Shown: positions 7,983-17,443 of the stretch, one piece after another
Layout: every line of letters begins with the position of its first letter
Position numbering within the stretch: the first letter of the stretch is position 1
Virus record (IMG/VR): IMGVR_UViG_2863177392_000001
Location: 2,579-66,578 of that record
DNA length: 64,000 nucleotides
Source: a virus
Strand: one strand, 5' to 3'
The notes under the pieces: generated by a model
Told to the model about the DNA's origin: nothing
The model's database searches: none
Seen by the model: only the letters and a program-made list of their open reading frames with translations
Translations under genes and position numbers: made by a program

Positions 7983-9566
7983 GTGGAGGACAACGTCCGC
8001 CCCTTCCCGCTCGATCCGGCGGACAGCGACGGCTTCAAGCGGCTCCCCCCTCAGGACCTCACCGCAGAACAGTCCGTCCTCGGCGGCATGCTGCTGTCCG
8101 AACGCGCCATCACCGAGGTCATCGAGATCCTCGAAGGCCTCGACTTCTACCGCCCCGCCCACGAAACGATCTACAACACGATCGCGTCCATGGCCGTCCG
8201 CGGCGAGCGAGTCGACCCCATCACCGTCACCGCCGAACTCACCAAGCGCGGCGACATCAACCGCGTCGGCGGCGCCGCCTACCTCCACAGCCTCGTCCAG
8301 CAGGTCCCCACCGCCGCCAACGCCGAGCACTACGCCGAGATCGTCCACGAAGCAGCCGTCCGCCGCCGCGCCATCGAGGAGCTGGACCGGGCCGCCGGCC
8401 TCGTCCGCTCCGGCGAAGGCGACCTCGCCGAAGTCCTCGACCTGGTCCGCGAACGCGTCACCCGCGCCACCGAAGAGACCGGGCCCCGCGGCAGCGACGA
8501 GACCGGCTGGTCGTTCTCCGACCTCACCCCCGTCCTCGACGGCACCCACAAGCCGGCCCAGCCCACCGTCGGCGCCCGCGACGACGGCATCGGCCTGTTC
8601 TACCCGGGCCGCGTCAACGGCATCCAGGGCGAGTCCGAGGCCGGGAAGTCGTGGGTGGCGCTCATCTCCTGCCTCACCGAGATCAACCGCGGCAACCACG
8701 TCGTCTACCTCGACTTCGAGGACTCCGAAGAAGGCGTCGTCTCCCGGCTCCTCCTCATCGGCGCCAACCCGCGTGACCTCACCCAGCAGTTCCACTACGT
8801 CCGCCCGGGCACCACCCCCACCCCGGCCGCCCTCAAGGCGTTCATCGCCCGCATCGGCGACCTCGGCCCCTCCCTGATCATCGTCGACGGCGTCACCGAA
8901 GCCATGGTCATGCTCGGCCTGGAGCTGAAGGAGAACACCGAGATCGCCAAGTTCGGCCGGATGCTCCTGCGGCCCCTGGCCGACACCGGCGCCGCCGTCG
9001 TCCCCCTCGACCACGTCGTCAAGAACAACGAGTCCCGCGGCCGCTACGCCCTCGGCGGCGTCCACAAGCTCAACGCCGTCGACGGCGTCCAGTACATGCT
9101 CGAAGCCGTCCGCCCCTTCGGCATCAACACCGAAGGCCGCTCCCGGCTCCGCATCGCCAAGGACCGGCCCGCGCAGGTCCGCCGACACGCCCTGCCCGGC
9201 GGCCGCAACCCGATGCACTGGTTCGCCGACCTCGTCATCCGCTCCGAAGGCACCGACTTCGCCGACGCCCACCTCTACCCGCCGATCCAGCACCACGACG
9301 ACCCCCAGGAGACCGCCGCCGCCACCGACAAGGCCGCCCAGGAGGAGGCCGACATCAAGGACCGGGAGGCCGCCGTCCTCGACGCCCTCGCCGCCGCCAC
9401 CGAGCCGATGAGCAAGAACGCCCTCGAGGAACTCATCCCCGGACGCGCCTCCGTCACCCGCCGCGCCCTTACCCGCCTCGTCCACGCCGGCGCCGTCGTC
9501 ACCGAGATCGGCCCCCGCAAGGCGGTCCTCCACCGGCTGCCGCCGAAGGCCGGTGAGAAGGCGTGA
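7983..9566 (+). CDS. replication protein: DnaB N-terminal domain + RecA-like helicase/ATPase + C-terminal wHTH
   Basis: PPQDLTAEQSVLGGMLL...DFYRPAHETIY (DnaB N-terminus); Walker A GESEAGKS; Walker B LIIVDG. Confidence 0.85.
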   Translation: MEDNVRPFPLDPADSDGFKRLPPQDLTAEQSVLGGMLLSERAITEVIEILEGLDFYRPAHETIYNTIASMAVRGERVDPITVTAELTKRGDINRVGGAAYLHSLVQQVPTAANAEHYAEIVHEAAVRRRAIEELDRAAGLVRSGEGDLAEVLDLVRERVTRATEETGPRGSDETGWSFSDLTPVLDGTHKPAQPTVGARDDGIGLFYPGRVNGIQGESEAGKSWVALISCLTEINRGNHVVYLDFEDSEEGVVSRLLLIGANPRDLTQQFHYVRPGTTPTPAALKAFIARIGDLGPSLIIVDGVTEAMVMLGLELKENTEIAKFGRMLLRPLADTGAAVVPLDHVVKNNESRGRYALGGVHKLNAVDGVQYMLEAVRPFGINTEGRSRLRIAKDRPAQVRRHALPGGRNPMHWFADLVIRSEGTDFADAHLYPPIQHHDDPQETAAATDKAAQEEADIKDREAAVLDALAAATEPMSKNALEELIPGRASVTRRALTRLVHAGAVVTEIGPRKAVLHRLPPKAGEKA

Positions 9567-9568
9567 GC

Positions 9569-9868
9569 GACCTCGTCCCGACCTCGTCCGCGATCACCGG
9601 ACGACCTCGTCCCGACCTCGTCCCGATCATGAACGGCGCGGGACGAGGTCACAGGAAACCCGCAGGTCACAGCCCTAACGACCTCGTCCCGATCTTGAAA
9701 GCGACCTCGTCCCGACCTGACACACCGTCACGGGACGAAGTCACACCCCCTCTCACCAGCACACCCCTTGATCGCTTGACCTCGTCCCACCTCGTCCCGG
9801 ACGAAGTCGGGACGAAGTGCCAGCGACCTCGTCCCTCGTCCCCCGCCTTATAGGGGGACGAGGACGAG
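9569..9868. repeat. iteron-like cluster of GACCTCGTCC direct and inverted repeats; putative replication origin
   Basis: Exact forward copies at 9569, 9580, 9603, 9614, 9680, 9703, 9778, 9825; near copy at 9788; reverse or variant copies at 9641, 9733, 9799, 9810, 9856; terminal hairpin around CCTTATAGGGG. Confidence 0.8.
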
Positions 9869-9923
9869 CGTCGCGCACCACCCGACCCACACACCCCACC
9901 ACCGACCCCGAAAGGCACACCGC

Positions 9924-10241
9924 ATGACCACCACCGACCTCGCCGACCAAGTCGCCGCCCACATGACCGACCACGTCCCCGACGACCCCGACTTCGGCGG
10001 CTGGATCGTCGCCCGCAACACCACCGACCACACAGCCGCCATCGCCTGGCGCCGCGGCACCGCCACCCTCACCACCCCAGCGATCCGCGGGCAGATGCTG
10101 ACCCGCTGGCTCGGCGGCCTACATGCCGCTGGCTTCATCGGCGAAGCGCGCACCGACCGCAGCGTGTTCGCCGACGCCCGAGAGCCAGACGGCTACGCCT
10201 GCTGGCTACACATCACCGACCGACAGCCCCACACCGCCTGA
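9924..10241 (+). CDS. phage hypothetical protein
   Basis: GAAAGG RBS; high-GC3 codon usage. Confidence 0.6.
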   Translation: MTTTDLADQVAAHMTDHVPDDPDFGGWIVARNTTDHTAAIAWRRGTATLTTPAIRGQMLTRWLGGLHAAGFIGEARTDRSVFADAREPDGYACWLHITDRQPHTA

Positions 10242-10321
10242 CCGAACGCCAACCACACCCCCGACCAACACCACCGCATATCCGGTTCCAGCACACCCCA
10301 CGCGAAAGGACACAAACCCAC

Positions 10322-11476
10322 ATGACCACCATCGAGTGGACCGACCGCACATGGAACCCAGTCACCGGCTGCACCAAGGTCAGCCCCGGCTGCAACCACT
10401 GCTACGCCGAGAACATCGCCCACCGCTTCGCCGGGTCGAAGGCCTTCCCGGACGGCTTCGACGTCACCGTCCACGAGGACCGCGTCGACGCCCCGTACCG
10501 GTGGAAGAAGCCGACCCGGGTCTTCGTGAACTCCATGAGCGACCTGTTCCACGACGCGGTGCCGGACCTGGTCCTCACCCACGTGTTCGACGTCATGGAG
10601 GCCAACCCACAGCACACGTTCCAGGTGCTGACGAAGCGGCACGCCCGGATGCGGTCCTTCGTCCAGCAGCGCGAGGAGCAGCGGCGGGAGTACGCGGCGA
10701 AGTTCGACGACTGCCCGACAGAGGCCATGCGGAACAGTCCGGCCGCGAAGGCCGCGCGCGCCCGGGCCGCGCAGCCGCCGGCGAACATCTGGCTGGGCGT
10801 GTCGGTGGAGAACCAGAAGTGGGCGGACATCCGTATCCCGGCGCTGCTGGAGACGCCGGCCGCTGTCCGGTTCCTGTCCTGCGAGCCGCTCCTCGGGCCG
10901 GTCTGGATCCGGGACCACATCTGGCAGGCCTGCTCTTGCTGTGACGGCGAGGGCCACGATGAGGCGTGCGCGAGGTGCGCCGACAGCGGCTGCGACTCCG
11001 GCCACATCCGCCAGCTCGACTGGGTCATCGTCGGCGGCGAGTCCGGGCCCAAGGCGCGCGCCGTGCACCCGGACTGGGTGCGCTCGCTGCGTGATCAGTG
11101 CAAGCAGAACCACGTGCCGTTCTTCTTCAAGCAGTGGGGCGAGTGGGGCCCCGCCCCGTTCATCGTCCGCGTGTGCGACCCCGACGTCGGCTGGGCGGGC
11201 ACCGACGAGGAGCTGGCCGCCGCCAAGAAGGACAGCGAGGCCCGTGGCGCGACGCACGTCCACACCGGCAACTGCTGGGAGCAGGACGGCGAGCGTCATT
11301 ACGAGGTCTTCAAGATGGGCCACAAGCCCTGGTCGCTCGAGCGTGTCGGCCTGCCCGAAGGCATGGAGGCCATCCGTCGTTGGGGCAAGAAGCGCGCCGG
11401 CCGAGAGCTGGACGGCCGCATCCACGACGCGTTCCCGCAGGCCGTGCCGAACAGCCGCCCGGCCGGGGCTCGGTGA
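10322..11476 (+). CDS. DUF5131 (phage Gp37/Gp68) family protein
   Basis: IEWTDRTWNPVTGCTKVSPGCNHCYAE, FVNSMSDLFH, FLSCEPLLG, WVIVGGESG and FFFKQWG motifs. Confidence 0.92.
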   Translation: MTTIEWTDRTWNPVTGCTKVSPGCNHCYAENIAHRFAGSKAFPDGFDVTVHEDRVDAPYRWKKPTRVFVNSMSDLFHDAVPDLVLTHVFDVMEANPQHTFQVLTKRHARMRSFVQQREEQRREYAAKFDDCPTEAMRNSPAAKAARARAAQPPANIWLGVSVENQKWADIRIPALLETPAAVRFLSCEPLLGPVWIRDHIWQACSCCDGEGHDEACARCADSGCDSGHIRQLDWVIVGGESGPKARAVHPDWVRSLRDQCKQNHVPFFFKQWGEWGPAPFIVRVCDPDVGWAGTDEELAAAKKDSEARGATHVHTGNCWEQDGERHYEVFKMGHKPWSLERVGLPEGMEAIRRWGKKRAGRELDGRIHDAFPQAVPNSRPAGAR

Positions 11477-11480
11477 CGTC

Positions 11481-11651
11481 ATGGCGCTGCACCTCACCGG
11501 CCTCAGCCTCGACGAGCTCGCCGACGTCGTCGACTGCCTGATCCTCGCCGCTGACCACGTCGCCGACACCGACGGCGAGCGGGCCGCGCACCGCCTGGCC
11601 CTCGCGCACCGGATCGGTGACGCGCTGGACGCGCTGCCGCCGACCTCGTGA
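11481..11651 (+). CDS. small hypothetical protein
   Basis: Short ORF with normal codon usage. Confidence 0.45.
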   Translation: MALHLTGLSLDELADVVDCLILAADHVADTDGERAAHRLALAHRIGDALDALPPTS

Positions 11652-11727
11652 GCAGCAGGACGGCCGGCCGCGTTGGAGCCGCGGCCGGCCGCACCCCGAC
11701 CATCCCACACCACCCAGGAGCCAGACC

Positions 11728-12060
11728 ATGAGCTACCCCACGATCTTCACCACCCCCGGCGTCCGCCAGTTCGCCGAGGCCGTCGACACCGAACGCCGGG
11801 CGCAGCTCGCTAAGTGGGGCGAGCAGCACCACCCGGACGGCACCGAGCGCCGCCGCGCCCGCCTCGCCGGAGCAGCCCGAGCCCGCTGCCAGGTCGCCGC
11901 CGAAGAGGGCCGCGTGACGTGGCGCCACATCCTCGACGAGGAGGTCGAGGAAGCGTTCGCCGAGACAGACCCCGCCAAGCTCCGCGCCGAGCTGGTCCAG
12001 GTGGCCGCGGTCTGCGCCGCGTGGATCGCCGACCTCGACAGCAGGAAGCCCGCCCCGTGA
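11728..12060 (+). CDS. MazG-like all-alpha NTP pyrophosphohydrolase-fold protein
   Basis: ILDEEVEEA...LRAELVQVAAV; AGGAG RBS. Confidence 0.6.
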   Translation: MSYPTIFTTPGVRQFAEAVDTERRAQLAKWGEQHHPDGTERRRARLAGAARARCQVAAEEGRVTWRHILDEEVEEAFAETDPAKLRAELVQVAAVCAAWIADLDSRKPAP

Positions 12061-12130
12061 CGCACCGCGACCCGGCCGGGGGCTATCCGGCCGGGTCTGC
12101 CCCCACCGTACCGATCTCTTGGAGGACCCC

Positions 12131-12655
12131 ATGACCGACCCCACCACCAGCCAGCCCGACCAGGCCGCCCTCCGCGACCGCATCGCCGAAGCGCTGTACG
12201 AGCGCGATCACCCCCACCATGTCGTTCCGCTGACCGGGACGGGCATGGTGGCCGCCTATAGGGAGTCGGCCGACGCGGTGTTGGCGGTGCTGCCTGCGCC
12301 CACCGACCGGGCCGCCGTCCTGCGGGAAGCTGCCGAGGTAGCTGTCCGCGAGGCCCGCGGCTGTGGTGACAGCGAAGCGGGCCAGTACGCCGCCTCGGTC
12401 GCTGCGGGCATTGCCAAGATCCTGCGCCGCATGGCCGACGAGACGCAGCCCAGCGGGCCCCCGGCCGACGACGACGCCGAGGCCGAAGCCGAACGCCAGA
12501 TGGCCACCGTCCAGCGCGTACGCCACGTCCTGGACACGGAGCACGTCGTCGGCCGCACCGCCCTGGAGTACCGGGGGCTGGTCCTGGCCGCCGTGATGGC
12601 CGACGAGCAGCCCGCCGCCGAGGCGCAGCAGGACGGGGAGCGCAAGACCTCATGA
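12131..12655 (+). CDS. mosaic phage hypothetical protein
   Basis: GGAGG RBS; LRDRIAEAL and DRAAVLREAA modules. Confidence 0.65.
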   Translation: MTDPTTSQPDQAALRDRIAEALYERDHPHHVVPLTGTGMVAAYRESADAVLAVLPAPTDRAAVLREAAEVAVREARGCGDSEAGQYAASVAAGIAKILRRMADETQPSGPPADDDAEAEAERQMATVQRVRHVLDTEHVVGRTALEYRGLVLAAVMADEQPAAEAQQDGERKTS

Positions 12656-12963
12656 CGTGGCTCCTGATCACCGCCGCCCTGGCCGTAGGGTTCGCCCTCG
12701 GCCGGGCCCGGCTCGCCCCCATCCTCGACTGGGCCGAAGACTGGACCGCGCCCGGCTGGCGCACCTGGCGGTTCTGGCCCGCCGCGCCGGTCGCCCTCCT
12801 CATGCTCGCCTGGGTGTGGACCATGCACCCCCGCCGGACCCTCGCCAACGTCCGCTCCTGGCGCCAGCCGGCGCCCCGCGGCCCGGCGCTCACCTTCGAC
12901 CCCAACTGGGCCACCAAGCGGCGCGCCCGGGACGAGGCCCAACAGGACGGGGCCACGCCGTGA
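12652..12963 (+). CDS. small membrane protein
   Basis: Two hydrophobic segments; coupled. Confidence 0.6.
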   Translation: MTWLLITAALAVGFALGRARLAPILDWAEDWTAPGWRTWRFWPAAPVALLMLAWVWTMHPRRTLANVRSWRQPAPRGPALTFDPNWATKRRARDEAQQDGATP

Positions 12964-13193
12964 TCGTCGCCGAAGCCCTCGACACCCTCATCACCCTCGG
13001 CTGGTGGGCCCTCGGCTGGCTCATCGTCCTCGGCGTCGTCGGCAGCATCCTCACCCTCACCGCGATCGCCACCGGCGCCTACACCGTCCGCCTCGTCTAC
13101 CGCGCCGCGCGCCGCCCCGCCTGGGCCCTCACCCGCGCCGGCGCCCGCCGGTACGCCCACCGCACCCGCCACGACTACGAGGAAGCCGCATGA
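12960..13193 (+). CDS. small membrane protein
   Basis: GTGA coupling; long hydrophobic stretch. Confidence 0.6.
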   Translation: MIVAEALDTLITLGWWALGWLIVLGVVGSILTLTAIATGAYTVRLVYRAARRPAWALTRAGARRYAHRTRHDYEEAA

Positions 13194-13681
13194 CACTGCC
13201 CGTCGTCCTCCTCGCCGGCGCCCGCCACCTCACCGAACCCGGCGTCGTCCCCGGCACCCTCTTCGACCTCGCCGTGAACCTCACCGACGGACCCGTCATC
13301 ATCCGCCACGGCGCCTGCCCCGGCCCCAACTCCGCCGACCAAGCAGCCTCTGACTGGATCAACAGCCACGGCAACCGATACGGGCTCGTCGAAGACCCGA
13401 TGCCCGCCGACTGGGACCACTGCGCCCCCGACTGCCCCACCACACCCGGGCACCGGCGCCGGAAGAAGCCCGGCGACATCGCCCACCCCGGCCTGCTCCC
13501 CGACTACTGCCCCGGCGCAGGCCCCCGCCGTAACGCCGCCATGGTCGCCAAGCTGCCCCGACCCGCCTGGATGCTCGCTTTCCCGGAGCCCGGCCAGCCC
13601 AACTACGGCACCCGCAACTGCGTGCGGCTCGCCAAGCAGGCAGGCATTCCCATCCGCGTCATCGAGAGGAACTCGCAGTGA
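13190..13681 (+). CDS. SLOG-superfamily (DUF2493/YspA-like) protein
   Basis: LLAGAR, IRHGACP, AD, PADW, AGPRRNAAMV, AFP and GT..C...A..AGIP motifs. Confidence 0.75.
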   Translation: MTLPVVLLAGARHLTEPGVVPGTLFDLAVNLTDGPVIIRHGACPGPNSADQAASDWINSHGNRYGLVEDPMPADWDHCAPDCPTTPGHRRRKKPGDIAHPGLLPDYCPGAGPRRNAAMVAKLPRPAWMLAFPEPGQPNYGTRNCVRLAKQAGIPIRVIERNSQ

Positions 13682-13956
13682 ACCTCCACCGCCTCGCCTG
13701 CCGCGCCTTCATCCTCGCCGCCGCAGCCGCCATCGCAGCCACCGGCTGGGCCGTCCTCGGCCCCGCCCCCTGGGCGATCGTTCCCGGCTTCTTCCTCATC
13801 TGCGCCCTCATCTGCTGCGCCGGCATCACCAACGAACTCGCCAACGACGCCGACCAGCGCGCCCGCGAACTCCGCGACGGGCCACCCCTCGACGACGCCG
13901 AGACCGCCGCCTTCACCGAGATCACCCGCCACTTCGACCACGGGACCGCCGCATGA
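13678..13956 (+). CDS. small membrane protein
   Basis: Two TM-like segments; coupled. Confidence 0.6.
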   Translation: MNLHRLACRAFILAAAAAIAATGWAVLGPAPWAIVPGFFLICALICCAGITNELANDADQRARELRDGPPLDDAETAAFTEITRHFDHGTAA

Positions 13957-13990
13957 ACCACACCGACGACGACAGCCGCTGGAGCCGCAC

Positions 13991-15574
13991 ATGACCACCA
14001 CCGACGACCACGCCGAGCCCGAAGACACCTGCCGCCCCGTCGAGATCGACGGCGAGACCATCAGCGTCCGCGGCGCCACCGAACTCACCGAGGAAGGGCG
14101 CACCGCGCTCACCGCCCTCGTCCGCGCCGCCAAGGCCAAGATGGCCGCCGAACCCCCGCCCGCTCGGCAGCAGCTGCGCGCCGTCGCGTTCAACGCCGTC
14201 GCTCCGGCCCTGCGGCTGCACGGCGAGTGGCTGAGGCTCAGCGTCCGCCGAACGGTCGCGGACGCCGTCCTGTCCGCTGTCGGGAAGCACCTGATCGACC
14301 TTACCGAGCAGGCCGCGCCGTCCAACGTGACCACGGCTGGTGAGTGGGAGTGCGGCTGGGAGGCCGCTATGGAAGCCGTCCGCGCGGTTCTCACCCCGGC
14401 CGCCGCCCAACCCGCCGGCGTGACACCCCAAGGTGTCGCGGCCGCGCCCACCCCGACAGCGACCGAAGCGACCCAGCCCAGCACCACCGGCTACTGCCCC
14501 GCCTGCGGACGCGGCGACCTCGCGCCCACCGCCGACGACTGGGAGCAGCAGCGCAAGCGTGCTGAGACCGCCGAGTCCCGCCTCCACCTCGCGCACGAAG
14601 CCCGCCGCGGCAAAGAGCACCAACTCGACGACGTCCGCCGCGCCCTGTGCGACATCGGCTTCATGGACGACGACGACCCGTACTCGCACGCCGACCTCGC
14701 CGACGTCATCCGGCAGAACGGCCAGGCCCTCCGCGAGAGCGGGTGGCGCCCCGAGGACCACGCCGGACACGGAAGCCCCTGCGAGCGGCAGCCCGACGGC
14801 GCATGCAGCGCGCCCGCCCCGGCAGCGCCCGAGCCCGCCGAAGGGACGCCGTGCAGCAGCATCCCGGGCTGCGATGGCCAGTGCTGCAAGCAGGCCCCGG
14901 CCGACGACGAGGCGCAGCGCACCACCCGCCGCGACAGCCTGCACAACCTCCTCGGCCGCGCTCAACGGACCGGCCTCACCTGGGACGAGGGCGCCCTCCT
15001 CCACGAGCACGTCGAAGCGGAGATGCGCGAGGCCGACGCCGCACGAGCCGAACTGACTCGGTCCGAGAACGCCCGCGATCACCTCCGGCGCCGAGCCGAG
15101 CAGGTCGAGCAGTTGCTGCGCATCGCGTACGAGACGTCCAACCAGTCCGAGGCCGAACGCGCCCGCGCAGCGCAGCGCGCCGACATCGCCGAGACTGAAC
15201 TCCGCACCCTCCGCGCCGGCCTGCGCGCCAACGGCGCCGACCCCACCCAGATCCAGAACCTGTGGGCACAGATCAGCCTCCGCAACCGGCAGTGGCGGGA
15301 GACGAAGCGGGAGCTGGCCCTGACGCGCAGCATGCTCGAGGCCGAGGGCGGAGACGTGGCCCTGGTGGACGAGATGGTCGACGCAGTGGCGAAGGCCGAG
15401 CGGGAAGCGCGGGAGGCGCAGGCCACCATCGAGCGGGTGCGCGCCATCAAGAGAGCACCGCAGCGTTCGCAGTTCAACACCCTCGCCAACGCGCAGGACA
15501 ACGGTTGGGACGCCGCGCTGCACGCCGTGCACGAGGCCCTCGACGGCGCCGAGCAGCCCAGCACGGAGGCATGA
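13991..15574 (+). CDS. large mosaic coiled-coil phage protein
   Basis: 527-aa ORF with GGAG RBS; Cys motifs and a coiled-coil C-terminal half. Confidence 0.7.
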   Translation: MTTTDDHAEPEDTCRPVEIDGETISVRGATELTEEGRTALTALVRAAKAKMAAEPPPARQQLRAVAFNAVAPALRLHGEWLRLSVRRTVADAVLSAVGKHLIDLTEQAAPSNVTTAGEWECGWEAAMEAVRAVLTPAAAQPAGVTPQGVAAAPTPTATEATQPSTTGYCPACGRGDLAPTADDWEQQRKRAETAESRLHLAHEARRGKEHQLDDVRRALCDIGFMDDDDPYSHADLADVIRQNGQALRESGWRPEDHAGHGSPCERQPDGACSAPAPAAPEPAEGTPCSSIPGCDGQCCKQAPADDEAQRTTRRDSLHNLLGRAQRTGLTWDEGALLHEHVEAEMREADAARAELTRSENARDHLRRRAEQVEQLLRIAYETSNQSEAERARAAQRADIAETELRTLRAGLRANGADPTQIQNLWAQISLRNRQWRETKRELALTRSMLEAEGGDVALVDEMVDAVAKAEREAREAQATIERVRAIKRAPQRSQFNTLANAQDNGWDAALHAVHEALDGAEQPSTEA

Positions 15575-15694
15575 CCATGCGCAACGCCCCCGTCCGCTCT
15601 GGGCGGGTGTCAGTGGCGCACTGCACGGGGTGCGGGCGGGTGTGGTCGGAGGGCGCCGTGATCGCGGCGTAAGCCTCGGCCACCCGGTGACCGG

Positions 15695-16333
15695 CTACAG
15701 CCAGCGCACACGCACTGGCTGTGGCACCTCCACGTCGAGCGGCACCACCCACGGCTCGAACTCCTCCTGCCCATCCGGCTCGTGCCGCTTGCAGGTGATC
15801 ACCAAGCGGACCGGCTGGTTGGACCAGTCTTCGGTCCACCGGTGTTGAACGTCGTTGCCCTCCTGCCAGTGGGGGGCCCGCGTCTTCTCCAAGCTGAGCG
15901 GCCGCCCCGTCCCGACGCGCAGCGGGAAGGGCGCCACCGTCTGCCCGGTGGGGTCGACACCTTCCGCATTCGGGTTGAACCGGCACGGCCCCCAGACCTG
16001 AGCGTCCATCTCTTCGCGGCTCGGGCCGCCGGGCCGTTCCTGGGTCCGGTCCTGGTCATCGCTGGGGACGATGCGGATGACGATCTCGTCCAGATGCCCC
16101 AGCGGTACCGGGCCCACGAGCCGCACGTTCATCGTGGCGCGGTCGCCCTGCGCGCGCTCGATCGTGATGTCGAACTGCGGTGTCAGGTCAGCATGCCAGC
16201 GCTGGCGCTCGATGCGCGCCACGGTGTCCGCGGTCTTCGCCGAGCGTACGGCCGCCCGCCAGGCGCCCCAGGTGGCGATCGCGCTCAGGCCGGCGGTGGT
16301 GACGGTGCCTATGTCCGTCCAAGAGATGTCCAT
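15695..16333 (-). CDS. membrane-anchored hypothetical protein (moron-like)
   Basis: N-terminal hydrophobic segment; TACCCT -10-like hexamer just upstream of the ATG. Confidence 0.7.
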   Translation of the reverse strand: MDISWTDIGTVTTAGLSAIATWGAWRAAVRSAKTADTVARIERQRWHADLTPQFDITIERAQGDRATMNVRLVGPVPLGHLDEIVIRIVPSDDQDRTQERPGGPSREEMDAQVWGPCRFNPNAEGVDPTGQTVAPFPLRVGTGRPLSLEKTRAPHWQEGNDVQHRWTEDWSNQPVRLVITCKRHEPDGQEEFEPWVVPLDVEVPQPVRVRWL

Positions 16334-16457
16334 GGCGGGCGAGGGTAGCGGGCCCCGCCGTCAGTGCTGCTGCTGGTCCTGGTGGCTGCGCCCCGGGAGG
16401 CCGGGGCGAGTGTCAGTCCGGTGCGGGATACTCGGATGCAGGCGCGGGGCCTCTTCG

Positions 16458-16685
16458 ATGGGAGACCGTGCGTTGATAAGCGTCACCGCCGCCTTCTACG
16501 GCGGCCCGCTCGACGGCCACAGCCAGAACTACGAGGGCATCACCGTGATTGACAAGGACCTCAGCTTCCAGTCCGATCACGACCCCGGCGTCCTGGCGCT
16601 CTACCGGCTCGCCGCTATCCACACCACCTGGCCGCTGCGCCTCGACTACCGGTACGAGGGCACCATCGCGGCCTCAGCTGCTTGA
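16458..16685 (+). CDS. small hypothetical protein (FYGGPLDG motif)
   Basis: GGPLDG motif typical of small phage proteins; followed by a hairpin; start uncertain. Confidence 0.5.
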   Translation: MGDRALISVTAAFYGGPLDGHSQNYEGITVIDKDLSFQSDHDPGVLALYRLAAIHTTWPLRLDYRYEGTIAASAA

Positions 16686-16693
16686 GCAGCACG

Positions 16694-16726
16694 CGGCCCG
16701 CCGCTCCAGTCGTGAGCGGCGGGCCG
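16694..16726. terminator. hairpin terminator
   Basis: CGGCCCGCCGCTC-N7-GAGCGGCGGGCCG. Confidence 0.6.
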
Positions 16727-16909
16727 TCGCGGGATTGCCCCCCATGCGGTGCCCGACGACCGTACGCCCGCCGCGATCAGCGCGTCCAGACCTCTGCTCC
16801 GCTGTGCAGTGGCGGCGGCGTGACCGTGGCATGCTGAGACCGGCAGTGCGGCACCGCGCGCGGGTGTGTCGTCCGATCGGCTGCCGGGCACCGGACCGCG
16901 ACCGGGCCC

Positions 16910-16939
16910 CCGAACGCCCCGCCTCGTGCGGGGCGTTCG
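16910..16939. terminator. hairpin terminator
   Basis: CGAACGCCCCGC-N5-GCGGGGCGTTCG after the 16945 stop. Confidence 0.6.
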
Positions 16940-16944
16940 CGTGG

Positions 16945-17166
16945 CTACCAGCCAGCCTCAGCCCGCTCAGCACACGTCGGGCACGGAGTCAGAACGCGAG
17001 GCGGCCACTCTTGCTCCTGGATGATGTACACGCCGACCCCGCACAGGGCCCGACGCCGGCGCTGCTGCGCCTCGGGAATCGCGTGTACCAGATCATCCGC
17101 AGGCATCGCCTTGCCCGACAGGTCCACGTCTCGATGGGTCCACGCCTGCTGGTAAGGAGCACTCAT
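16945..17166 (-). CDS. small Zn-finger-like protein
   Basis: VHA...ALCG...CPTC; TAGCCT-N6-ATG leaderless-type start. Confidence 0.6.
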   Translation of the reverse strand: MSAPYQQAWTHRDVDLSGKAMPADDLVHAIPEAQQRRRRALCGVGVYIIQEQEWPPRVLTPCPTCAERAEAGW

Positions 17167-17189
17167 CCCGACAGGCTAGGCCAGTGTGG

Positions 17190-17402
17190 TCAGTGAACCC
17201 ACTGGTCCGGCCCGCCTCCACGCCACTCGACCATCCGGGCCTGGACCACGTCCAGTTCGTCCCAGCCCTCCAGCCCGGCTCTCTCCAGGAACACGGCCAG
17301 GTCGTGCAGCGAGTAGGCAGTGCCGAGGATCTCCTCGTCGACGCGCACTCGCCGGCCGCCGGTCTCGGACGGCGGGTAGACGACGACGCGCGGGGTGCTC
17401 AT
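17190..17402 (-). CDS. small Streptomyces-type hypothetical protein
   Basis: VVYPPSETGGRRVRVD..ILG.A....DL..FL.RAGL...W.GGGP..W pattern. Confidence 0.7.
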   Translation of the reverse strand: MSTPRVVVYPPSETGGRRVRVDEEILGTAYSLHDLAVFLERAGLEGWDELDVVQARMVEWRGGGPDQWVH

Positions 17403-17443
17403 GTCTCCAGCGTCAGCCCGGGCCGGGGCGGGCGCACGCGGGG

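Noticed and set aside
9563-9853. 96-aa ORF with repeated DLVP/TSS motifs
   Set aside because: It is the translation of the iteron cluster and has atypical codon usage; better explained as non-coding origin DNA.
9569-9868. Possible CRISPR array
   Set aside because: Repeats are about 10 bp, in both orientations and irregularly spaced, and there is no cas operon.
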